Shown: positions 26,401 to 39,760 of the stretch, in pieces
Layout of the letters: every line of letters starts with the position of its first letter
Numbering within the stretch: the stretch's first letter is position 1
Assembly: GCA_964187785.1 (NCBI GenBank)
Contig: OZ076409.1
Coordinates: forward strand, 41,418,001 to 41,482,000
DNA length: 64,000 bases
Source: Amphiscolops sp. MND2022
Taxonomy: Eukaryota
Reading direction: 5' to 3'
Translations under genes and position numbers: made by a program
Notes under the pieces: generated by a model
The model's input: only the letters and a program-made list of their open reading frames with translations
What the model was told of the DNA's origin: nothing
The model's database searches: none

Positions 26401-29400
26401 CTAAATTTCTACAAAAACAATTCTGTGCGTGTAACCCCTTAGATTCCACAGACATGTCTTTAAACGTGCAAAACTGAATATTTTCCACTAGTTTGTTTCC
26501 GCTCTGAGTTCAGCGAGAGCCAAACTTGCAACGACGAAGACGTATAAAGCCAAGAACACTTTCCGGAATGAAATTTTCCATCTCTTGAGGACTTTCTCAT
26601 GGAACTTTATTTAAAAGACTTTCAAACACTTAGCAATATCATGTTCATTAATGATTTATTACTTTTTTGTACTGATGTTTTCAATTTCCATTTGGTGCCG
26701 AATCAATGAACTTCTGAATCAGTTCAGAATGGAAAACAAAATTTTTGGTACCAATTTTGAGTTAAACCAAATTTAAAATATAGGTTTTTTGATTCGAATA
26801 CTAATCCAGTGTCGATGAAGATAAATAGGACTTTCTTCAACTCTTTGCGAAAATGTGTTGTGACTAAAGAATATAATTCAAATCCAATTTAATTCAATAT
26901 TGATTACTTTATGTGGGTATCTACAGATAAATATCTACATAAAATTCAAAAATATTTCATAAATTGTGTGTACCATTAAACCATTTATGTACCATATAAA
27001 ACCATTTGGTCCAAATCACGGGTTTCCATCAGTTCGAAAATTCTTCAAAAAAATAACTTCAATACAAACATAATTCACATTAAAATTCTCGAAAATACTA
27101 CTTGGTACCAATCATAGGTCTTTTAAGGAGATCTAAAAACCTGGGAATCTAGCAATCTCAGGAGACTAGACTTTTTTTGCGGAATCCAAGAGATTTATAT
27201 TGTAGAGCAATTTCAATTTGCGGAATCTAAGATAGCTAATTGCATGAGAGACGGTTAATTGGCTCATTAAATATTTCTGTGGGATCCGAGACTTGAATTT
27301 GCGGAAAGTAAGATTTTCTTACTTTCCGCACATCAAAGGAAGCAGCTTTCTTTGATTCCGCAAATATCAGAGAGATTGGCATTCCGTAAGCGTGTCTTGG
27401 ATTCCACAAAACCGTGTCGTGGTTTCCGCAAAATCGCCAGAAAAAGCTTGACTATGCACTGTAATGTCCAATTCTCCCATCTATAAATTTCCCTTAGTTT
27501 ACGTCATCAAGAACCCATTAAACAGTAAACGATATCTCTGCAAGTAATATGCCGTACAGCTGGCGTCAGCTGATTGCAAGACAGGAAAATTGAGCACGTT
27601 GGATGGAAAAAATACAAAAAAACTCGTAAACGTTCTATTTAGATTTATGGGGAAATGAATTGTGGCAAAAATTGAACACCCCACTTAATAAAAGATGAAT
27701 GTTTTGCGGAACTGGACGAAACTTTGCAGGTGTATTCAAGCACCCATTGAGAGCACCTCGCCCAAGGTACAATATAAAATTTAGTATTAAAAAGCAATTT
27801 ACCCGTCACATGTGTGTTTTTCAAGAAAATTAATCGCAAAGTAATCATTGTGATTCATTCAAATGATCTCAATGGAATATCATTCGATTTGAAGTGATGG
27901 TATGTTCAATGTGTAAAATCGTTTGGTAAGCTAAGCTGACAAGCAAGCTATGTCGAATTTATGGTTTATTTAACATGCGCATCTACTTTGACATTGCTCC
28001 TGAGCGTCATATATTCACTTTTTTCTCTTGGTCTTTTATAGATTATGTACCGAAAAAATGTTTGTATTCATCCTTCTTGTTAATTACTGTAGAGAACTTT
28101 AAAGAAATTTGGGCAACTGAATGCTAGCAATGGAAATAAACTAGAAATATCTCTTGATAATTTTTCATCATTCCGATAGAAAACTTGTAGGAAGGGTATT
28201 AAAGAAAATGTCAATTTGAGAACTAGTATCAATGCTGTAACTACTAATTGTAACTAACACTTGTTCATGATAGCGACCGATTGTCGAACATAACATCAAA
28301 ACGTTCAAAAAGACAATCCTCTAAACCTTTGCCACGAAACCAGCGTTTGCATTGCAAGGCAACCTGCAAATTCATGCCGAGCAAAACTGCTTTGATTGGA
28401 ATTTACGTTGATGAAAAATTTGAAACCAATTAAGTCAATGACGTTATCACTTTTTTTAAAAAAAGGCAAAACAAAAAACTAATAGAAGAAAACTCGAATG
28501 GGGTAGTAACAAGCAAAAAAATGAAACATCACGTTTTCTGTGAGAGTTTTAATACCCCAAACCTCTTGAATAGTTGTGAAGTAGTTAGCTATTGTTACTT
28601 CAACGTAAGCAGCTCGGTTCCATATTAGCATTTTTCAAGATTAATTTTCCAAACGGGTAACGAAATTTGGAACTCGAAGTGTTACTATACAACAGAGTAA
28701 ATACGAATAACATTTCATCAAGGTCAGCAATTTCCATTACAGTGCATAGACAAGCTAAATTTCTACAAAAACAATTCTGTGCGTGTAACCCCTTAGATTC
28801 CACAGACATGTCTTTAAGCGTGCAAAATTGATTATTTTCCACTGGTTTGTTTCCGCTCTGAGTTCAGCGAGAGCCAAACTTGCAACGACGAAGACGTATA
28901 AAGCCAAGAACACTTTCCGGAATGAAATTTTCCATCTCTTGAGGACTTTCTCATGGAACTTTATTTAAAAGACTTTCAAACACTTAGCAATATCATGTTC
29001 ATTAATGATTTATTACTTTTTTGTACTGATGTTTTCACATTCCATTTGGTGCCGAATCAATGAACTTCTGAATCAGTTCAGAATGGAGAACAAAATTTTT
29101 TGTACCAATTTTGAGTTAAACCAAATTTAAAATATAGCTTTTCTGATTCGAATACTAGTCCAGTGTCGATGAAGATAAATAGGACTTTCTTCAACTCTTT
29201 GCGAAAATGTGTTGTGACTAAAGAATATAATTCAAATCCAATTTAATTCAATAATGATTACTTTATGTGGATATCTACAGATAAATATCTACATTAAATT
29301 CAAAAACATTTCTTAAATTGTGTGTACCATTAAACCATTTATGTACCATATAAAACCATTTGGTCCAAATCACGGGTTTCCATCAGTTCGAAAATTCTTC

Positions 29401-30492
29401 AGAAAAATAACTTCAATACAAACATAATTCACATTAAAATTCTCAAAAATACTACTTGGTACCAATCATAGGTCTTTTAAGGAGATCTAAAAACCTGGGA
29501 ATCAAGCAATCTCAGGATACTAGACTTTTTTTGCGGAATCCAAGAGATTTATATCGTAGAGCGATTTCAATTTGCGGAATCTAAGATAGATAATTGCATG
29601 CGAGACGGTTAATTGGCTCATTAAATATTTCTGTGGGATCCGAGACTTGAATTTGCGGAAAGTAAGATTTTCTTACTTTCCGCACATTAAAGGAAGCACC
29701 TTTCTTTCATTCCGCAAATATCAGAGGGATTGGCATTCCGTAAGCGTGTCTTGGATTCCGCAAAACCGTGTCGTGGTTTCCGCAAAATCGCCAGAAAAAG
29801 CTTGACTATGCACTGTAATGTCCAATTCTCCCATCTATAAATTTGCCTCAGTTTACGTCATCAAGAACCCATTAAACAGTAAACGATAACTCTGCAAGTA
29901 ATATGTCGTACAGCTGGCGTCAGCTGATTGCACGACAGGAAAATTGAGCACGTTGGATGGAAAAAATACAAAACAAACTCGTAAACGTTCTATTTAGATT
30001 TATGGGTAAATGAATTGTGGCAAAAATTGAACACCCCACTTAATAAAAGATGAATGTTTTGCGGAACTGGACGAAACTTTGCAGGTGTATTCAAGCACCC
30101 ATTGAGAGCACCTCGCCCAAGTTACAATATAAAATTTAGTATTAAAAAGCAATTTACCCGTCACATGTGTGTTTTTCAAGAAAATTAATCGCAAAGTAAT
30201 CATTGTGATTCATTCAAATGATCTCAATGGAATATCATTCGATTTGAAGTGATGGTATGTTCAATGTGTAAACTCGTTTGGTAAGCTAAGCTGACAAGCA
30301 AGCTATGTTTGAATTTATGGTTTATTTAACATGCGCATCTACTTTCACATTGCTCCTGAGCGTCATATATTCACTTTTTTCTCTTGGTCGTTTAAGATTA
30401 TGTACCGAAAAAGTGTTTGTATTCATCATTCTTGTTAATTACTGTAGAGAACTTTGAAGAAATTTGGGCAACTGAATGCTAGCAATGGAAAT
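23424..30492. repeat. Head-to-tail tandem triplication, ~2355-bp unit
   Basis: Units begin aataaactag at 23424, 25780 and 28135. Near-identical spurious ORFs recur at this spacing (23890/26246/28600; 25290/27645/30000). Confidence 0.97.
24819..25080. repeat. Inverted-repeat (MITE-like) segment built of GCGGAATC/GATTCCGC motifs, one per tandem unit
   Basis: ttttgcggaatccaaga (~24820) and its exact reverse complement tcttggattccgcaaaa (~25040). Several tgcggaa motifs on the left and ttccgca motifs on the right. Confidence 0.6.
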
Positions 30493-30607
30493 CACCAATA
30501 TGAAGGTAAATCAACCTTGATCGCACTGAAAATATTATCAATGGAAACATTGGGAAGTCAATGAAACAAATAATCTAAGAACTGAATGAATGAATCATAT
30601 GTTGAAA
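30392..30607 (-). repeat. 3' LTR of the copia element
   Basis: Direct repeat of 37993-38227 (gtagagaacttt...gctagcaatggaaat...gaatcatatgttgaaa), adjacent to the PPT. Confidence 0.85.
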
Positions 30608-30619
30608 CTCCCCCTTTTT
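30608..30619 (-). promoter_or_regulatory. Polypurine tract AAAAAGGGGGAG
   Basis: ctcccccttttt on +, directly abutting the 3' LTR. Confidence 0.85.
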
Positions 30620-31014
30620 CGGTGCTATATCAAAAGCAGCAAAATTTTAGAGAAAGGTACTGTTTTTGTTTTCCCTAGAGGTTTTAACAGCAGATCGGCC
30701 GGTCTTCTATCGGTAGGTGAAAAGTCCAGTTAAATTTCTCCCTTTTCCGTTTTTCCTTGAAGAAAGCAAGTTTTTATGGCAAAATGCGTTCTCTTGTTAT
30801 GATTGATTGAGTGTTTGCTTAGAGCTATGCATGCTGAATTGTCAACAAACACGCTCACAGGTCTCGCCAAAACAACTCCGAGCACAATCAATACACCAGA
30901 AACATTCTCCAACTCTTGGAGAGCAACAGTGCAAGCATTGACTTCAGCTTCGGCTGTTGACAGAGCAACACTAGCTTGCAACTTATTCGTCCAACACACA
31001 CAACCACTAACACT

Positions 31015-33991
31015 TATAAACGAAGTAGCACTTGGTGGGTCCGCACACGAAACGGGCATAAGGTGGGACGTACACACTTTTCCCTTCTTGGTGGGACATA
31101 CACAAAAACTTAAACTTGGTCCTTAGTTGAACTTATGGACATGCATTAGTGGGACCTTAACACAAAACCTTTTCGGCGATTTTCAACTATCAAGATTACC
31201 TATGGACATGCATTGGTGGGACCTTGAAACAAAACCTTTTCGGCGATTTTCAGCTATCAAGAATACCTATTGACTTGCATTGGTGGGACCTTAACACAAA
31301 ACCTTTTCGGCGATTTTCAGCTATCAAGAATACTTATTGACATGCCTTGGTGGGAACTTAACACAAGGTTTTCTTAGCGAATGAAACTCTGTCATTGGAG
31401 AATGAGCAAAAAGACAACCAAATTTAATTGAAGTTCAAAAAATGAGAAGGTGGCCAGTCTTTGGACAAATTTAAAATGGATCCAAAATACTAATAATCGT
31501 TTGTTTCAGTCAAAATGACCGATAAAATTTTCACTGTAGTTCCATAATTTTTGTACACCTTCTGATTAAGTCTCATATACCTTACTATGTACTGTACACA
31601 ATTAGCTAGTACTGTACCAGTTGACTGGTATATTAAAATTCAGAGTCATTGCAAATCTCGTATTCAGCCAAAACAATGTAGTCACAACTCAAGTCAAGTT
31701 TGATATAATCCGGATTTGTTTGAAAAGTTTTCATAATCCGGTCACTGACATCTGATCATTATCTTGCGTCACTGATGGTCTTGTTCCGTATTTTATCTTT
31801 GATATCCTGCACTTTAAAGCATGAGGGTGTTTTTTCATTGCCTCCAAGCAAACAGCTCGGCCAGGCAGTCGCCCTTGCATCATCGCTTCTCGGAATTGTC
31901 TCCACAGCCTTTTTTCTTAACCAGCGGCCATGTTCGTCGTGTTGAACCACTAGGCTCCTTCTTACCACTAGTAGTTTTCTCAGTAATTTTACTAGATTTA
32001 CTAGTAGTTTTCTTTCAATTCCTCCTGACAGTTGTATCAAATTCACCCGAAATCTCACCTGTGTCATCATCGACTGTTCCGAGTCCGAGTGAGACATTGC
32101 TTTTACATCCCGAGGTTGAGGCCTTCAAGTTGGACCTTCTGAGCGAATTGTCTGCGCCTTCATTGGATCTGGCTTGAGCTGTAGAGTCTTCGACTGTGGC
32201 TTGATTATCCTTAACAAAAACAAACTCCGATTACTCAAATGAGAAAAATCTGTTTTACTTAGAAAAGGTTTTGACTATGTAATACAAAAGTACCGAAAAT
32301 CTAGTCGTTCCGTCAAGAGCAGTATGAGCTGGTACTAATGAATAATAATGTTTTATTATTGTTCGAGGCCCACGAAAGCTAGTGTCAATTTCTTACAATA
32401 CGAACAATTATGAGCAAGTTGTAGTGATCAGAAACTTTCGAAAAAGCTCGCAATTCGAAGAATTCACTGAAAAATTAAAACACATATACAGTAAATATTG
32501 CAAGTTCGGTTGTTTTATCCGATATTTGGTTTTGTTTTTGTTAAAAAGAACATTTTCTTTTTTAACGGAAGCGGTTCCATTTTCATGCTTTTCGGAGTTG
32601 TAAAAAGAAACGCGACGCGATAGAGAATGGATCTGCTATGCTTCAGTATAGCAATGTGAATAAGATTAGATGTGTATTGTTTTGTTGGAAACACAATCTA
32701 GAAGAAACGCAATGTGATTGAGATTTCATTTGTTTTGTTCCGTTGGTAGTATGATCTAAAAGAAACGCAGTCGGATGAAGAATGGGTTTGTTTTGCTTCA
32801 CTTGAAAATTTATACGAAATGAAAGTGCGAATTTTTTGCGAAAAGAAGATCCGAATAAAGGAAATAACTAATTAGGAACTTAAAATCATTGTGCTCAGTT
32901 TTTTCAGTTTTGTTCAATTTTACTCGGCAGGAAGGGGGTGAAAAAATTGCTTTATAAATGCTAATACCAAATTTATTGAGACATTGGAAACAATTATTGT
33001 TGCAATCAAACAAAACATTGACCTTGACTTTCGCCTTAAAAATTAATTTTGTATTTAGTGAAAACTATTTATCAAAAAAGTCTTTGTTTTGCACCACTGA
33101 GGGGAGTATGCGAGGGTTTTCAATGGGTCTCTTGGGGGACTTCCTTATCATTTTCTGATTTGTTATGTTGGGGGTTTATTTCATCATCAGAAACATCTGC
33201 TACATGTCATTAATGTTAATTGTCATTATAAATTGTTCACGTAAGAATCAACAAATTTTTTAGTTGATAATGAACGAAACAATTACAGTCACCCAAAAAG
33301 TTGTTTTACTTGGTGGGACTTACATCGTTGATAGCGACCGCACAAAACCAGAAACCGCTCGGGGTTCGTCCCTGGTCAAAAACCTGTTCAAAGGCCTGTT
33401 CAAAACTTGGTGGGACAAGCAATGTTGGGCATACACTGTCGGACATATCAAAAATGAATCATAGTAATGCAGTGTTAGAATGAAGCAACATGAACTATAA
33501 AGCGGTCAATCACCAAACAAAATGTACTTGGTGGGACTCACACCGATAAAAACGACTTGACAATCCGAGGTCGGCGTTCGTCTTTTATTCAAAAACCCTT
33601 CACTTGGTGGGTCACATTGGGATGTCGTCGACCAATCAGAAGCCGAAATGTTTAACCCGCGTTGGTGGGACATACACACAGCATTCTCGCCGACCAATCA
33701 AAGGCCGAGACGCATGGGCCATTTCACTCATTGTTGGTGGGACATACACAAAATAGGTTCAACCAATCAGAAACGCCGTTTTCTTCAATGGCAATTTTTC
33801 GCCGCTAGTCGGCGCTCCAAAAACGTGTAGGTGTGGAGTGTGAAGCACTTGGTGGAACATTGGCTCAAATGGTTTCTTAGCCAATTTTAGCCATTTTGCA
33901 CTATGTGTAAAATGACGTCCCACCTTTTATATCCCACCAAGGTCTAGTAAAAAGGGGGTATACGTCCCACCAACTGTGGTTTCGTACACAC
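31015..33991. mobile_element. ~3-kb non-autonomous TIR-like DNA element inserted in copia RNase H
   Basis: Copia frame KLNSV|SGCVCW is split here, with acact on both sides (31010-31014, 33992-33996). Imperfect TIRs: tataaacgaagtagcacttggtggg versus reverse complement tgtgtacgaaaccacagttggtggg. Many TGGTGGGAC motifs near both ends. Confidence 0.7.
31134..31366 (+). repeat. Subterminal tandem repeat, 67-bp unit x ~3.5
   Basis: Units start tat(g/t)gac at 31134, 31201, 31268 and 31335. The three full units carry gtgggacctt and aaaaccttttcggcgattttca. Confidence 0.9.
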
Positions 33992-36900
33992 ACACTGTTC
34001 AATTTGACACACATGCCACTTGTGCTCTTTCTCGATGTCAACTCGCCAGCCCAATCTGCGTCAGAGAAAGCCTACACAGTCATACCAACTTCACACCTTT
34101 TAAACACGAGTTCATGTCAATTGGTTCCTTTCAAACACCTCAAAATTCGTTTAGCAGCCATCCAATGTTCTTTTGATGGTAGCTCTAGGAACCTATTTAA
34201 GACGTGAGAGGCATGAGCAATGTCAGGACTACTGCTAAGTGCTAAGTAGTTTGAACTACCAACTAATCCTCTATAGTTCCGTCGTTCTGTTATGCTTTGT
34301 TCGTCATAATCCTGTTCTTTGTTACTTTCCTTTCAAACTTGGTATTTTCTGGTAAGGGACTTTGTAGTGGTTTACACTCTTCCATGTTGAAGCGTTTCAG
34401 AAGATCATCGAGGTACTTCTCCTGAATCACCGCTACTTCACCTTCTCTAACGTCCCTTTTCATCCCGAGAAACCAATGTTATAAACTACAGTCACTCACT
34501 TCAAATTGTTACCTCACTTTCTTCCCGAAGCATTCCACAAAACTCCCCTGTCGTCCCCAATAAAGCATATCATCCACCCACACACATACAACACACAACT
34601 CATCACCAGTACCTCTCACGAACAAGCATTTGTCGTTTATACATGCCCGGAATCCGATTCTTTGTAGGAACGCCTTCAGTGTTAAATACCAGTTGCGCCC
34701 ATACAGTTCAAGTCCGTGTCGGCTCTTTCGCAGCTTACAGTACACTTGGTCCCTTCGTTAATGTTACCTTCAAAGTTATTCGGTTGTTCCATGTAGATGT
34801 TGTCTTCTAAGTCTGCATTCAATTATGCTTTTCTTGATGTCCATCTGCCTTGGTTTTACTTGATACTGAGCTGCAAAGTTCAACAGAATCCGTATTGTGG
34901 ACATTCTCGCGGTTGGTGAATAAGTTTTGAAGAAATCGCGACCCTCAACTTGTGAAAAACCTGTCGGAATATACCTGGCGTTGCATTTCTTGATACTTCC
35001 GTCTTCGTTGTGTTTCATTGTGAAGTGCCAATTTGCTTTCAGCGGCAGAGTTCGCTTAGGTAGTCGCTTTAATATCCAAACTTTGTTGCTACATTATTCA
35101 TTGCTTCCTTCCACTGAGGATCTTTCAGTGCTTCTTGAACGGAACTAGATAGCTTAGTTACAGTCTGACTTGGTTCCTTCGTTGCATTGAATGACACTTC
35201 ATCGCCCACAATAACTGTGTCATGAACTTGATTAGATGGGATGTTTTTCACATTTGGTTCACCTTCTTTGGTTCTAAAGTAAAACTCGTCTTCATTGAAC
35301 CTCACACTTGTCTTGATCTCCCACTTTTGATCTTTCGTCGACTTTTCCTCTAACCTGCTTCTCCACAAAACTGTAAACTTTGCAGCCAAAAACTTTGATG
35401 GAGCTTGAATTTGGCATTTCACCGTACATACTTTCACATGGTGTTTGCTTGGTTGCTGAGTGTTAAAGCATGTTTTTGATGTAAAATGCATAGTTCAGTT
35501 CGTATGTCAAACTATCATTGTCCATGTTGGCCCGATGGATCATTCACTGATGGTTCCCACACTCTCTCAATTTTCCTGTTTTGCTCCGGTTTATACGGAG
35601 CAGATGTTTCCTGTCTGATACCTTTGTTCCTACAAAATGTCTTCAAGTCTCAGCCAACAAACTCATTTGCACAGCCGGTTACAAGAACTCTTGGTTTCCT
35701 TATGTCTGCACAGTCCTGATCAAATGTCGATGGTTCTTCGTCACGGCTTACCTTACCATAGGTAAACCGTGCCATAGGGACTGTAACAAACTTGGAATCC
35801 GATGGTGTACTTACAACCCTCCCTCGAAATTGGTGACACAAGGCCTAGAACGTCACAATGTACGTAGTCCAATGTCTCGTTGGCCCGTGTAATGCAGTCT
35901 TTTGGTACAGGTCTTCTTCTGGCTCTGTTAACCTCGCACACTTCACACACGAACACGTCACTTTCACTTACATTCATTTCAAAAACATGCTCCTTCAACT
36001 TTTTCAAATCCTCCCAGTCTTTATAACCCAGTCGGTCTTGCCACTTACTTAGTTTACTGGGGAGGCATGTCTCATGCTCGGTTGCTCTCAGATCGGGCAA
36101 ACTTTTCCAAACGAACAATTTGTTTTCTTGCTCTCTGTGAAACTTCGTTCCATCAGACGTTGTTAAGGAGTTTTCCTCTCCGAAACGAATCTCAACCCCG
36201 ACTGTCTTCAATCGCGCTACGGACACTAGATTTCTGTCGTACGCCGGCACATACAGGGCATCTCGCAACTCCACGCTTTTCGCGTTACCTTCGCTATCCT
36301 CTACACAGAAAACATCAAGGCCTCTACCGCACAGTTTCGACTCCGTCTTGTTAGCACATCCAACAACTCCTTCTATCTCTTCATTCAATTCGGCGAACAT
36401 ATTCCTGTCTTTGATCTTGTGGTTCATGCAAACAATATCTACCACCAAGTCATTATTACTCACTTCAATATCTTCTTTCGCAAAGAACAAAAATTGGACC
36501 TCCTCATTTTCCCCTGAATCATCCTGTTGCACGGATAATCTTGCCTCATCGGTCCCGGTTGCTTTGCTTTCTTCTCAATTTGAAACAAGTGTTTAAGGTG
36601 TGTCCTTTTCTCTTGCAGTGGTTACAAAATCTTTCCGGCATTCGATGGTTACTATCGCGAGAAGTCACTTGGGATTGGCAGTCCTTCGCTATATGTCCTG
36701 GTTTACTGCATTTGATACAGACGCGAGGTTGTCCAAAATTCTTGGTTTGCTTGGTCTCTGCTCGTGCTTTTTGTGTACACTCAAATAATTTGTGACCTGG
36801 TTCTTCAAAGAGATGACATTTAACTTCGTTTTAACTGAGGAACGTGGTTTCTTCTACTCTTGGTTTGCTTCGGTCGGTGTCGAAATTTATCAGATCTCTC

Positions 36901-37977
36901 TTCACTTCATCCAAACCCTTGGTTTCCTTGGTAAACTGTACGAGGGCACAAAATGTCTCGAACTCCTTGGGAAGACCTTTTAACAAGATTTTTATAATTA
37001 TTCGCTCGCTTAGCGCTTCGTCCACTTGACTTAGGTTGTACTGTAGGTCTTCAGCTCTCGTAATGTAATCAACAATGGTTTCCTTTCGATCTTTTCTAAG
37101 TGAGGTCAGTTTCTCAATCCGCTGATGCAACCGAGGACGCTCAAAACTCTTGAAACGATCACACAAGGTTTTCCACGCTGCTGGAACATCACCTTTGTAA
37201 CTTCTTACGAACAAGCATACTTTTTATCCAAACATTGCACCAATTGGCACCAGATCCTATACATTTTGTCTGCAAAAGTTTCCGCTGCCTTTTCGTAAGC
37301 TCCCTGCCTTTCTTCTCTTGATGAACCACTCATTGCTTTCGGTGTACAAGGCTCAACACCCTCATTTCCATTCTTCACACCAAACAGTCTCAAAGAATTC
37401 CATTCTAGTTTCGTTTCGACACTCACAGCCATGACAATCAAACATGCTACACTCACTACAAACACTCAGATATCAAATGTTATTGATTTTATAATCAATA
37501 TTCAAACCAAAAATTAGGAAACCAATTTTTTATTTCGAATTGATGACAAGCTATTTACTCTACGGCAAATCTGCTAACAAAACAAAGATGAACTTATTTC
37601 ACTACTATTTATTCAATCAGAGTTCGAATTTCTAATTTCTATATGATTTAGTCATCCACATTTGAAATGCATTTTTCAAAAAACCGTTTTTTTTCAAATT
37701 CAAAGGGGAATTTTTTATATGGGAAGGGATCTGGCACTAATTAATGAAACAGTTCAAAGGGTTTCGTAATAGTTCAAATAGATTTTCTGGGTTCAAACAG
37801 TTTTCGTAAAGTTGTGAAATCCAATTGTAGAACTTTCTCTTCAACTGTCCGCAAACTCTTTTTTCAAATTCAAAATTTCAACTTTTTTTTTGAAATCGTC
37901 AATTTTCCTCGCAGAAAATGTTGCTCCTCTAATGTCCTATTCAATCACTTGGGACCACAGACTCCAGTGGAATCGTT

Positions 37978-37992
37978 CTGGGCCACATAACC
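37978..37992 (-). promoter_or_regulatory. Copia-type PBS GGTTATGTGGCCCAG (internal tRNA-iMet fragment type)
   Basis: Abuts the 5' LTR. One inserted base relative to the Drosophila copia-type PBS GGTTATGGGCCCAG. Confidence 0.8.
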
Positions 37993-38227
37993 TTATAGTT
38001 TGTGTACCAAAAAGTTGCTTGTAATCATCATTCGTGTTGATTAATGTAGAGAACTTTAAAGAAATTTGGGCGACTGAATGCTAGCAATGGAAATGAACAA
38101 TATGGAAGTAAATCATTTTTAAATATGTATCACACCTTGATCGCACCGAAAATATAATTAATGGAAACATTCGGAAGTCAATGAAACAAATATTCTAAGA
38201 ACTGAATGAATGAATCATATGTTGAAA
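37993..38227 (-). repeat. 5' LTR of the copia element
   Basis: Direct repeat of 30392-30607, bounded by the PBS and flank gtcat. Confidence 0.85.
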
Positions 38228-39296
38228 GTCATTTTTAGCCAACGCATCATGAAGTGAAACGCAACTATATTAGTGATATTTCTCAATCCACACGAACTGA
38301 CCGAAATAGTTCTCAAAAGTTCGCAAAATAAACCATTTGGCCCAAGGAACCTAACCAAGGACTGCTTGTTCTGCGACCAAAATGTTGAAACATCCTATAG
38401 AGTCCCACCTTTTAGCGCGCCAGGGGTCCCCCGACGATTCGATTTGGTCCAATTTTTGGATTTTTCGGGTACTGTAAAAGAGAATACTTGACACTTTGAA
38501 GTCCTATTGCTATTTTTGAGCCTTAAATATGACACCGACTTATGCCGTTCCTGGACAACCGCAGATAGTCTTCCAGCCTGGCCCCTAGACAACATATCAA
38601 GGCAAAGCAAAGATAAAATCGTTTGTAGGACTGAAATCCTAAAAAGTACAGTCATTGATCCATTCTGGTCATTGATCCATTCGGTCGCTAACAGTTAATC
38701 AATACAGAACGGTACCTTCAGCTGCTTCGTAAATAAATGTTTCCGATCAGAGTCTTGAAAGAAAATTGGTGGGAGAGTTAATAACAAGCGTTCGTCGTTT
38801 ATATGCACCAGTTACCGAATTTGAGATCTTGCGTTAAAATAAATTCATCATTGTCTTTATGCTGCATTGGTGCAAAAATATGTTACAACTCAACCGACTT
38901 CATTGACGTTGCGTCAACGTAACATTGCCATTTTATCCTGTTTATCGAGTTTTGGATATCACATTTTTCCGAATCGTGTCACGGTAGTACTATTCAATCA
39001 GTGAAAGAAGCTTTTCGAACTTTGCATTTATGTCAGGGTGTCCGAATTTGCGTTACTAAAGTTGATATGTCTGTTCACATGTGTCTTTTGATTTGTATTA
39101 TTCTAAATTATAATAAAATTGAATGGTTATTTGAATAACTATTGTTTTTGTATGAGTGATATTGCGCCAAATTTTGTTTACTACTGCGTCTTGATATCCC
39201 ATTCTGCACTTCAACCTAAGTCATTTTGACTCATTTGTAACATAACGTTTTTGTAATTCGAATCAACCAGCAAAGCAAAAGAAATGAACACTTTGT

Positions 39297-39760
39297 TCAA
39301 TAAATGACTGTGACAAGCATCAAGACTTCCAAAATAACTATGTAACATTTCAAAGCGTGTTCAAGAAGAATCCAAACCCTGCATTTGGGATACATCAGAG
39401 CTTCCTGGACAAAAAGAAACAGCAATCGAATAAAATTCGAGTGTTTTGGTCTCTCTAGAAGTTTGCATTTCATAAAACTTTCGTCCATGACCATCTTTGT
39501 GGAGAAATTCCAAATTAATATTCCGTGTCCTCACTGATATGCTTAATTGCTCTTGTTGCGTCCAACAGGAAACGAAGTGAACATAAAAAGCAGCGTTTGG
39601 ATTTTCAGTACCAAACTAAATTATCAGTTTTTGATTTTGAGTTAGAATTTTTGAAGTGTTCGAAAATGCCTGGCAATTTGTACAGAAAGAAGTCTTTTCG
39701 GTTTCTTATCGGTTCCTCAGTCAGATTTCAAACTCGTTCGTTTTGCCAATAGCAAAACTT
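39297..39760 (-). pseudogene. Possible piggyBac-like transposase N-terminal fragment
   Basis: DFFLYKLPGIFEHF, then MVMDESFMKCK and CRVWILLEHALKCYIVILEV, resembling the first-Asp (DES) region. Weak similarity. Confidence 0.3.

Larger units (their letters stand above)
30730..37465 (-). pseudogene. Copia gag-pol (many stops and frameshifts)
   Basis: AWKTLCDRF...IVDYITRAEDL...LLKGLP (gag), CCHC knuckles, WQDRLGY/CEVC and LDYVHCDVLG (integrase), TGFSQVEGRDF...YSPTAR and VWVDDM (RT), SDADWAG...RKSTSG and VALSTAEAE...VDNSACIAL (RNase H). Confidence 0.92.
30392..38227 (-). mobile_element. Ty1/copia LTR retrotransposon, decayed, interrupted by a TIR element
   Basis: LTRs at 37993-38227 and 30392-30607. 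Imperfect TSD gtcgt/gtcat. Order is gag-PR-IN-RT-RH on the minus strand. Copia-type PBS and PPT present. Confidence 0.92.

Noticed and set aside
23505..30203. Repeated 60-80 aa ORFs in the tandem array as a small gene cluster
   Set aside because: No recognisable motifs. They recur only because the DNA is triplicated, and some are broken in the third copy.
31134..31366. Regularly spaced repeats suggestive of a CRISPR array
   Set aside because: Whole 67-bp units repeat with no unique spacers, there are no cas genes, and the context is eukaryotic.
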